Shown one piece after another: positions 1 to 6,755 of a stretch of DNA of 63,123 nucleotides. Each line of letters opens with the position of its first letter. Positions within the stretch are counted from its first letter, which is position 1. The translations under genes were made by a program, and so were the position numbers. Origin of the DNA: Candidatus Dormiibacterota bacterium (GTDB lineage: Bacteria; Chloroflexota; Dormibacteria; Aeolococcales; Aeolococcaceae); contig DASUWI010000041.1 of the NCBI GenBank assembly GCA_036378495.1, forward strand, positions 1-63,123, given 5' to 3'. Under the pieces are notes generated by a model that saw only the letters and a list, made by a program, of their open reading frames with translations, searched no databases and had not been told where the DNA came from.

Positions 1-41
1 GACCGCGGCTTCGGCGAAATCGCTTATGTACTAAGGCCGGT

Positions 42-131
42 TGGCGGAGGGAGAGGGATTCGAACCCCCGAGGGCTTGGCGGCCCTTGCGGTTTTCAAGA
101 CCGCTCCGATCAACCACTCCGGCATCCCTCC
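42..131 (-). tRNA. tRNA-Ser (anticodon UGA), class II with long variable arm, CCA encoded
   Basis: The reverse complement reads GGAGGGATGCCGGAGTGGTTGATCGGAGCGGTCTTGAAAACCGCAAGGGCCGCCAAGCCCTCGGGGGTTCGAATCCCTCTCCCTCCGCCA. It has a 7-bp acceptor stem, anticodon stem GCGGT/ACCGC with loop CTTGAAA, and a GGTTCGAATCC T-loop. Confidence 0.9.
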
Positions 132-138
132 GGCGGCT

Positions 139-888
139 TCATCCCATGGTATCCGCCGGCTCGGCGAGGCGAGCCAGGCTGCCGTCGAGCGGCAGCATGA
201 TCCACCCCTCACGCGAGGCGACGAGCTGCAGCGCCGGCGGGCAGGTATCGGTCAACCCGCGCGCAACCGCCCGTGCGACGAGGGCCGCGACAAGCGAATC
301 GAGGGCGTCGTCGCTCGCCTCGCAGGCCACCCAGTCCGTCTCTGCCACCTCGAGCCACGATTCCGTCCGCTCGCGGAACGCCATCACAAGCGCGCGTCGC
401 GCAGCACCGCCGGCTACCCGCTTGTACCGCCGCGACTGGAAGCCCCAGATGCTCAGCGCCGCCGCCGGGTAGACCTCGACCACCGGCCCGCCGCCGGAAC
501 GATCGGCGGCGGCGGGGATGTCGGCCAGCACGCGCGCCGCGCGCAGCGCCGGAACGCCGATCCGGTCGGTGGACACGCTGAGCGGCCACCGCCCGGTGCG
601 ACGGTGCACCCACTCATCGGTCGCCCGCATGCGCAGGTGCGCGAGATCGCCACCCGCCCATCCCTGAGCGGCGTGATGCGCGCTGATCGCGGCGATGAAG
701 CCGTCGGGCCAGCCGAGCGGAACGTCGATCCCGGTCCGGTCGGCTCGATCGATCAGCGCGGAGATCTGGCCGTCGTCGACGCCATCTCGGCGCAGCTCGA
801 GCACCGCAGCGCGGCCGTCCTCCCAACGCACCAGGCAGGCCGCCGTTCGCTCCGGCTGTGCGGCGAGGTCGATCCCGGCCGTGATCAT
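139..888 (-). CDS. DUF429 domain protein (predicted RNase H-like nuclease)
   Basis: 249-aa ORF. The N-terminus MITAGIDLAAQPERTAACLV and the C-terminal DDALDSLVAALVA motif are typical of DUF429 as I remember it. Confidence 0.7.
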   Translation of the reverse strand: MITAGIDLAAQPERTAACLVRWEDGRAAVLELRRDGVDDGQISALIDRADRTGIDVPLGWPDGFIAAISAHHAAQGWAGGDLAHLRMRATDEWVHRRTGRWPLSVSTDRIGVPALRAARVLADIPAAADRSGGGPVVEVYPAAALSIWGFQSRRYKRVAGGAARRALVMAFRERTESWLEVAETDWVACEASDDALDSLVAALVARAVARGLTDTCPPALQLVASREGWIMLPLDGSLARLAEPADTMG

Positions 889-1097
889 GGCCCTTTACCA
901 CATCACAAACCGGATCTCTGGTACGCTCGGGCGCGATGCGAACGACCGCGCGCCAGTTTTACGCCCGGCCAGCCAGATGGCTGCCGGGGTCTTCACAGAC
1001 CTAGCGCGCAGCCGTCCCGAGGCTGGCTTCATCAGACGATGGGTCAGCCCGGAGGCCCGTGGGCGGCCCATCACAGACAAGGAGGAGGGTCACCACG

Positions 1098-2210
1098 ATG
1101 GTCATCGAGCCCGTGATACCGAGCGCTGCTCCACGGCCGGCGACGCGCCCTGTCGCGATCGGCGATGCCGTGGTCGGCGGAGGCCGTGTGCACGTCATTG
1201 CCGGTCCGTGCGCGGTGGAGGAGCGCTATGTCGAGCACGCCGTGGCCGCGGCGAACGCGGGCGCGTCGGTGCTCCGCGGCTGTGTGCTCAAGCCGCGGAC
1301 CAGCCCGGACTCGTTCCAGGGAATCGGCCCCGCAGGCCTGGCGCTGCTGGACGCCGCCAAGCAGGCGACAGGCCGTCCGGTGCTTGCTGAGCCGCTCGAG
1401 GTCGATGACGTCACGGTGCTTCGACCCCATGTCGACGCGTTGATGATCGGCGCTCGCTCCATGCACAACGCGCCATTGCTGCGCGCAGCCGGGCGAAGTG
1501 GGCTTCCCGTCGTGGTGAAGCGGGGCATGTCGGCCACGTACGATGAGTGGCTGCAGGCGGCCCGCTACGTCGAGCGCGAGGGCAACGACCAGGTGATCCT
1601 GTGCGAGCGTGGCATCCGCACGTTCGAGACCGCGACGCGCAACACGCTCGACGTCAGCGCGATCGCGGTGCTGCGTGAGCGCACCGACCTGCCGCTCATG
1701 ATCGATCCCAGCCACGCCACGGGCAAGGCTGCATGGGTCGGGCCGCTGGCGATGGCGGCGGTGGCGGCCGGCGCGGATGCGCTGCTCATCGAGTCCCATC
1801 CCGATCCCCACCACTCCGCGTGCGACGCTGCGCAGGCCGTGTCTCCGGCGGAGCTGGAGAGCATCGTCATCGCGGTGCAGGCTCTGGCGGGCATGGCGCG
1901 CTGTCCGGCGGTCGATTCCCTGGAGGAGTGCCGAAGCACCATCGACTCGATCGACGACGCCATCCTGCAGCTCATCGAGCATCGGGCGCAGGTGGTGCGC
2001 GCGGTGCAGCAGCACAAGGCGCGTGATCGCCGGCCGGTGCGCGACCCCGAGCGCGAGCGCGCGCAGGTGGAACGGCTCCGGAGCCGCGCATCCCGGCTCG
2101 ACGGCAGCGGCGTGCGTCAGCTGATGACGGCGGTCATCGATGTCTGCCTCGAAGCCGCGGCGGTCGATGACAGCATCCCGGCGCCGGACCGCGACCGGCG
2201 GCTGGCATGA
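1098..2210 (+). CDS. 3-deoxy-7-phosphoheptulonate (DAHP) synthase, type I-beta, fused to a C-terminal chorismate mutase domain
   Basis: GGAGGAGGG RBS lies 8 nt upstream of ATG 1098. The core carries VIAGPCAVE, LKPRTSP and MIDPSHATG motifs. The C-terminal helical segment IDSIDDAILQLIEHRAQVVRAVQQHK...RDPERE resembles an AroQ chorismate mutase. Confidence 0.85.
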   Translation: MVIEPVIPSAAPRPATRPVAIGDAVVGGGRVHVIAGPCAVEERYVEHAVAAANAGASVLRGCVLKPRTSPDSFQGIGPAGLALLDAAKQATGRPVLAEPLEVDDVTVLRPHVDALMIGARSMHNAPLLRAAGRSGLPVVVKRGMSATYDEWLQAARYVEREGNDQVILCERGIRTFETATRNTLDVSAIAVLRERTDLPLMIDPSHATGKAAWVGPLAMAAVAAGADALLIESHPDPHHSACDAAQAVSPAELESIVIAVQALAGMARCPAVDSLEECRSTIDSIDDAILQLIEHRAQVVRAVQQHKARDRRPVRDPERERAQVERLRSRASRLDGSGVRQLMTAVIDVCLEAAAVDDSIPAPDRDRRLA

Positions 2211-2620
2211 GCGGCACCGACTCTCCGCTCGCGCCACCGCTCGAGATGTTCGACCTCGAGGTGAAGGCCGTCGACGGCGTCGAGACCATGCGACTCTGCG
2301 CGCGCTCCCTGGCCAAGCACGACGTCAACATCGACGCGCTCAACTACAGGGACATCGACGGTACGCGGTCGCTGCACCTGCTCCTGCAGGACGGCCTGGC
2401 CGCCGTGGGCATCCTCCTCGCCGACCATGTCACCGCGGTCACCTGCCGTCCCGTGCTCGTGTACACGCTGCCGAACCACCCCGGCACCCTGGCTCGATAT
2501 TCGGGCGCGCTCGTGGACGACGACGTGCCGATCGACTTCATCTACCAGGCCACCGCGAGGGGCGTGGTCGTCGCGTCGCCGGACCTCGACGCCGTGCGTG
2601 CGTCCTTCGCCGCCGCCTAG
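2207..2620 (+). CDS. ACT-domain-like small protein, translationally coupled to the DAHP synthase
   Basis: ATGA start/stop overlap at 2207-2210. The 137-aa product has two beta-alpha-beta-like halves (e.g. VLVYTLPNHPGTLARYSGALVDDDVPIDFIYQ). Confidence 0.55.
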   Translation: MSGTDSPLAPPLEMFDLEVKAVDGVETMRLCARSLAKHDVNIDALNYRDIDGTRSLHLLLQDGLAAVGILLADHVTAVTCRPVLVYTLPNHPGTLARYSGALVDDDVPIDFIYQATARGVVVASPDLDAVRASFAAA

Positions 2621-3099
2621 CTCAGAGTCTCGAGCTGGTCCGCGTGCTCCTCGAGGTGTGCGACGAGGAACTCGTCGAAGATCTGCTCCATGCTCATCAC
2701 GCCGCGCGTCGGATGCAGACCCCGCGCCGACCACGCGACGTCATCGAGTGACGCGATGACGAGGCGCAGCGCCTCGATGTCGGAGTGCGTCACCGCCCAG
2801 AGCACACTGACGGGCTGATCGCGATCGCGCGCGATCGCCGCAATGCGTCCGAGGTCGCTCTTGGTGCGGCCGAACGGCACCGGCTCGTCGACATAGGTGT
2901 TGGCGACGAGCTGCGCCTGGTCGATCCAGTACGGAACAGCCTCGGCGACGTGCGCCCACACCTGTCCGGCGTGCCAGCGCTTACCCGAGCCGGGCTCTGC
3001 ATCGGTGAGCGACTCCGAGCCGTACGCGGCGGTGCTGCGCGCGGCGAGTCGCGCTTCGACGGCATCGAGCCGCTCCAGCAGCTCCGCGCGGCCGCTCAT
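2617..3099 (-). CDS. DinB family (DinB_2-like) protein
   Basis: I chose the start at MSGRAELL (3099), which overlaps the upstream stop as ATGA. The protein is a helical bundle with His residues (HAGQVWAHVAE, AHLEEHADQL). The longer 215-aa ORF would overlap the FAH gene. Confidence 0.65.
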   Translation of the reverse strand: MSGRAELLERLDAVEARLAARSTAAYGSESLTDAEPGSGKRWHAGQVWAHVAEAVPYWIDQAQLVANTYVDEPVPFGRTKSDLGRIAAIARDRDQPVSVLWAVTHSDIEALRLVIASLDDVAWSARGLHPTRGVMSMEQIFDEFLVAHLEEHADQLETLS

Positions 3100-4037
3100 G
3101 CCCGCACCGGGCGCAGCGGGTGCACCGGCGGTCCTTCCACGACGCGGTTGCGCAGCACGCCGAGGCGGTCCACCTCGAGCTCGACCACGTCGCCGGAGTG
3201 CAGCCACGGATAGCGATCGCCGCCGTGCACGAGCGACAGCTCCAGGATGCACCCCGTCCCGCACGTTCCCGAGCCGATGACGTCGCCGGGGTGCACCCAG
3301 GTGCCGCGCGATGCGTAGGCGAGCATCTCCCCGAAGCTCCAGTGGATGTCGGCGAGCGAGGCCCGCGAGTACTCGGTGCCGTTCACCCGTGCGGTCATCG
3401 CGAGATCGTACGCGTGACCGCTGCGCGCGGATGCGAGCTCGTCCGTCGTCACGAGCATCGGCCCCAGTGACGTCGCGAAGTCCTTGCCCTTCACCGGCCC
3501 CATGCTCAGCTTCATCTCGCGGCGCTGCAGGTCGCGGGCACTCCAGTCGTTCATGACACAGAAGCCGGCGATGTGCTGTTCGGCGCCGGCGGGGTCGAGG
3601 TTCTGTCCCGAGCGACCCACGATTGCGGCCACCTCGAGCTCGTAATCGAGCTCCGCCGATCCCGGCGCGACCGGAATGTCGCCGTCGGGGCCGAAGATCG
3701 CGTACGGGTTGCTGAAGTAGAAGACCGGAATCTCGTACCAGTCGGGGTCCATCTCGAGGCCCCGTCGCTGCCGCGCCGTCTTGACGTGCTGCTCGAAGGC
3801 ATAGAAGTCGCGTACGGTCGGCGGTTGCGGGACCGGGGCGAGGAGCCGCACCTCCGCCAGCTGATGGACCTCCGACGGATCAACTCGCGCGCGCTCGCCC
3901 GCGAGCGCGAGCCGCTCACCGTCGTCGCCGAGCAGCTCGAGCAGCGTCAGGCCCGGTTCCAGGCCGTGGACAGCGCTGTCCATGACGAGACCGACACGCG
4001 GGGCGCGGTCGTGTCGCGCATACGTCACCCAACGCAT
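3096..4037 (-). CDS. Fumarylacetoacetate hydrolase (FAH) family protein
   Basis: 313 aa. Motifs: YFSNPYAIFGPDGDI, ELDYELEVAAIVG, GFCVMNDWSARDLQ, GKDFATSLGP, GDVIGSGT. Confidence 0.85.
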   Translation of the reverse strand: MRWVTYARHDRAPRVGLVMDSAVHGLEPGLTLLELLGDDGERLALAGERARVDPSEVHQLAEVRLLAPVPQPPTVRDFYAFEQHVKTARQRRGLEMDPDWYEIPVFYFSNPYAIFGPDGDIPVAPGSAELDYELEVAAIVGRSGQNLDPAGAEQHIAGFCVMNDWSARDLQRREMKLSMGPVKGKDFATSLGPMLVTTDELASARSGHAYDLAMTARVNGTEYSRASLADIHWSFGEMLAYASRGTWVHPGDVIGSGTCGTGCILELSLVHGGDRYPWLHSGDVVELEVDRLGVLRNRVVEGPPVHPLRPVRA

Positions 4038-4096
4038 CCGGCACTCCTCCGCCGCAGTTTGGAGCCGATCACACTACCTATACTGGCCTTCCACCC

Positions 4097-4189
4097 GGGG
4101 AGGTGGCTGAGAGGCTGAAAGCGCCCGCCTGCTAAGCGGGTGAGGGATGTTAAGTTCCTCCGGGGGTTCGAATCCCCCCCTTCCCGCCA
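4097..4189 (+). tRNA. tRNA-Ser (anticodon GCU), class II, CCA encoded
   Basis: Sequence GGGGAGGTGGCTGAGAGGCTGAAAGCGCCCGCCTGCTAAGCGGG...GGGGGTTCGAATCCCCCCCTTCCCGCCA. Acceptor stem GGGGAGG/CCTTCCC has one G-U pair. Anticodon stem CCCGC/GCGGG carries loop CTGCTAA. Confidence 0.9.
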
Positions 4190-4436
4190 GTGAGCACCCT
4201 CGGTGGACGCTGGAAGGCGAGTGCGGATGAGCGCGATGGAACAGCATGCTCACCGGACTCTTCGCACCAGTCGCCGGTGGTACTGCGACGGAAGCACGTG
4301 CGCGGTGCACGCGAGTGAGGATGGCCACTGCTGCCAGACGGAAGGGACTGACATCAGCAACCTCCCCGCGGACGGCCAGCAGAAGGCGCGCAGGCGCCTG
4401 GAGGAGGTTTCGCACCAGCACGCATCGTCCGCGTAG

Positions 4437-4553
4437 CGGCGGGTCACGGGGCGAACCACCCTGACGATCTCGCACCGTCTCATCCTGGTTGGCGACGTCG
4501 ACGCCATCGTCGCGCTGAGGGTGAATGCGATCACGAAAGCCGACCTCACCTGA
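4437..4553 (+). pseudogene. Remnant of an ABC-transporter ATPase C-terminus (H-loop region)
   Basis: Translates to RRVTGRTTLTISHRLILVGDVDAIVALRVNAITKADLT*. GRTTLxISHRL plus DxIVxL matches the switch-His region of ABC exporters. An in-frame TAG at 4434-4436 precedes it, and no Walker A/B or membrane domain lies upstream. Confidence 0.4.
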
Positions 4554-4665
4554 TCCCGGGTGGCCGGCTCCGGCTTCCCGCTCCTTCGTGCTTGTTGTAC
4601 GACCTGCGCGTGTTAGGTCGTACCTCCGTGACAGCGTCGTCATCGCGTAGTTTCGGCATGTACGA

Positions 4666-4684
4666 AATGACGCGTGTGACGCGA
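4666..4684 (+). promoter_or_regulatory. Conserved motif AATGACGCGTGTGACGCGA (copy 1) upstream of phosphoesterase paralog 1
   Basis: 18 of 19 nt are identical to 6626-6644. It contains a direct repeat TGACGCG x2 at 9-nt register and the palindrome ACGCGT. It ends 16 nt before ATG 4701, next to a GGGAAGG RBS. Confidence 0.45.
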
Positions 4685-4700
4685 TGGGAAGGTTTGGCGC

Positions 4701-6545
4701 ATGCCCAAAACCACCCGTCGGCGCCTGGCGATCGCCCTGACCCCCACCGTCGCCGCCCTTGGACTCGTTGCCCTGTCCGCCGCCGCCGCTCCCAGCGCAG
4801 CGGTCGCGTCGGCATCCACCGCACCCCATGTGCTCGTCGTCATGCTCGAGAACAAGGGCTATGCGGCGACGCTCGGCGCGTGCGGCTCGGGATCGCCTGA
4901 CCCATACCTGTGCTCGCTGGCGTCGTCGTACGCATCAGCGAGTAATTGGTTCGGCATCCGTCACCCGTCGCTGCCCAACTACGCCGCCTTTGTCTCGGGT
5001 TCGACCCAGGGCATCACCAGTGACTGCCAGCCGTCCGGCTGCGGAAGCCTGGCGGCGCCCGAGCTCGGCGGCCAGCTGACGGCTGCCGGGATCCCGTGGA
5101 TCGGCTGGATGGAAACCATGCCGTCCGCCTGCTACACCGGCCCCGACGGCAGCAGCTACTACGCGCACCACAACCCGTTCGCGTACTTCACCGACGTCAC
5201 CCAGGCTTCGAACTGCGCCTCGGTGATGCGTCCGTATCCCGGTGCGTCCGGCGCCGTGTCGGTGCTCGACGGCACATCCGCTCCGGCGTTCGCGTTCATC
5301 ACACCGAACAGCTGCGACGACATGCACTCCTGCTCGGTGCAGGCGGGTGACGCCTGGCTGAAGGCGAACGTACAGCCCATCCTCAGCTCGTCGTGGTTCG
5401 CCGGCAACGGCACGGTGATCATCACCATGGACGAGAACGACAAGCAGTCCACCGGTTCGTGCTGCGGCGACGCGGCGGGCGGCCAGATACCGCTCGTGGT
5501 CATCTCGTCCAAGGCGAGCGGCAAGGGGACAGTTGCCATGACCGGTGACCACTACGGCACGCTGCGCACCATCGAGGAGGCGTACGGGCTTCACCTGCTC
5601 GGCGCCGCCGGCAACGCAGCCAACGGTGACTTCTCGTCGTGGCTCGGTGGCAGTGGCAACCCGACGCCGACACCGACCGCAACTCCGACGCCCACCGGCA
5701 CGCCGACCCCGAAGCCGACACCCACGCCCACGGCCACACCGACTCCGTCCGCGACCCCCACGCCGTCTCCGACGCCGAGCGGCGGGCACACCATCTCGGT
5801 CGCGTGCCATGGACAGGACGACACTTCCGCGCTGCAGTCTGCGATCAGCAGCGCCGGCAACTCCGCGGGGACCACGGTCTCCATCGCGTCCGGGACCTGC
5901 GCGCTGACCAACCACCTCCTGGTGAAGGGAGCCCCCATCACCGTCAGCGGGGCCGGGCAGTCGGCGACGTCGCTGGTGCAGCACGCGCGCACCAACATCT
6001 TCCAGATCACCTCGCCGGGCAACACGGTCGAGAACCTGAGCCTTGACACCGGCACGTACAACTTCACGTACCCGCCGGTGAAGAAGAGCCCGGATCCTAG
6101 CGTGCTGTTCTCCAACGCCTCAAACACACACGTCATCAACGTCACGGCCAAGGCGGGGACAGGGTTCGGCATGCGCATCACCGGGCCCAGCCCGTGTGAC
6201 ACTGATGTGAACACCGGTGCCCTTGTTGAGAACGTGACCATGACCAACGCCGGCACCGGCGGGTTCTCGTCGATCGACGTGGACTGCCAGAAGTCGGCAA
6301 CCATCGAGAACGTGGTCGTGCACGGCGGCTCGGTGACGCCGTTCCAGGATGGCAACACGACGCTCAACGGCCTCACCTACTGGAAAGGTCCGTACGGGCA
6401 GCAGTGCGAGCCGGCCTGGGAGACGACCGGTCCGGGCGCCGCGACCATCAGCAACGTGATGACCCACAACGGGGCTGGGCGCAACATCAACAACGCAACC
6501 GTGACCATCAGCAACCAGCAGCTGGCCACGGGCGACACCTGCTAG
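4701..6545 (+). CDS. Secreted phosphoesterase-family protein (acid phosphatase/PLC-like), Pro/Thr linker, C-terminal right-handed beta-helix domain
   Basis: Signal peptide MPKTTRRRLAIALTPTVAALGLVALSAAAAPSA. Motifs HVLVVMLENKGY, HPSLPNY and CDDMHS. A (PT)n linker is followed by repeated NVT/ENV rungs (ENVTMTNAG, IENVVVHGG, ISNVMTHNG). Confidence 0.8.
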   Translation: MPKTTRRRLAIALTPTVAALGLVALSAAAAPSAAVASASTAPHVLVVMLENKGYAATLGACGSGSPDPYLCSLASSYASASNWFGIRHPSLPNYAAFVSGSTQGITSDCQPSGCGSLAAPELGGQLTAAGIPWIGWMETMPSACYTGPDGSSYYAHHNPFAYFTDVTQASNCASVMRPYPGASGAVSVLDGTSAPAFAFITPNSCDDMHSCSVQAGDAWLKANVQPILSSSWFAGNGTVIITMDENDKQSTGSCCGDAAGGQIPLVVISSKASGKGTVAMTGDHYGTLRTIEEAYGLHLLGAAGNAANGDFSSWLGGSGNPTPTPTATPTPTGTPTPKPTPTPTATPTPSATPTPSPTPSGGHTISVACHGQDDTSALQSAISSAGNSAGTTVSIASGTCALTNHLLVKGAPITVSGAGQSATSLVQHARTNIFQITSPGNTVENLSLDTGTYNFTYPPVKKSPDPSVLFSNASNTHVINVTAKAGTGFGMRITGPSPCDTDVNTGALVENVTMTNAGTGGFSSIDVDCQKSATIENVVVHGGSVTPFQDGNTTLNGLTYWKGPYGQQCEPAWETTGPGAATISNVMTHNGAGRNINNATVTISNQQLATGDTC

Positions 6546-6561
6546 CCATCCCCCACAGCGT

Positions 6562-6583
6562 GCCCTGGGCGTGTGCTCAGGGC
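6562..6583 (+). terminator. Possible intrinsic terminator hairpin after paralog 1
   Basis: GCCCTG-N10-CAGGGC stem followed by a T-rich GCGCTGTTCTCTTGT. The U-tract is weak. Confidence 0.3.
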
Positions 6584-6625
6584 GCGCTGTTCTCTTGTGG
6601 CGACGCGGCGACCCTCTGCTCAGAT

Positions 6626-6644
6626 AATGACGCGTCTGACGCGA
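6626..6644 (+). promoter_or_regulatory. Conserved motif AATGACGCGTCTGACGCGA (copy 2) upstream of phosphoesterase paralog 2
   Basis: Same element as 4666-4684 with one mismatch. It lies 111 nt upstream of GTG 6756. The flanking intergenic sequence is otherwise not conserved between the two copies. Confidence 0.45.
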
Positions 6645-6755
6645 ACGTCCGCCTCATGTTGAACCTCAGGGTCACGAGTCGACCCACAAATCTCAGGTTG
6701 CGATTAGGATTTCCCACGGTGGGCCACGAGGGGGGCACCGTGGAGGCATGGTCAG

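Noticed and set aside
889-1097. The 209-bp region upstream of the DAHPS gene, examined for an aromatic-amino-acid leader peptide, attenuator or T-box.
   Set aside because: I found no short ORF enriched in Phe/Tyr/Trp codons, no terminator/antiterminator pair and no recognisable T-box specifier structure by eye.
42-4189. A segment bracketed by two tRNA-Ser genes, considered as a possible genomic island.
   Set aside because: The tRNAs are different isoacceptors in divergent orientation. There is no integrase, no direct repeat of a tRNA 3' end, and the enclosed genes (DAHPS, ACT, DinB, FAH, DUF429) look like core metabolism with the same composition as the flanks.
5640-5790. Repetitive DNA in the Pro/Thr linker regions (5640-5790, 7730-7870) and the S/P-rich region at 42240-42540, checked as possible CRISPR-like or non-coding tandem arrays.
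   Set aside because: The periodicity is 3-6 nt and in frame within long ORFs. There is no repeat-spacer architecture. These are low-complexity coding linkers.
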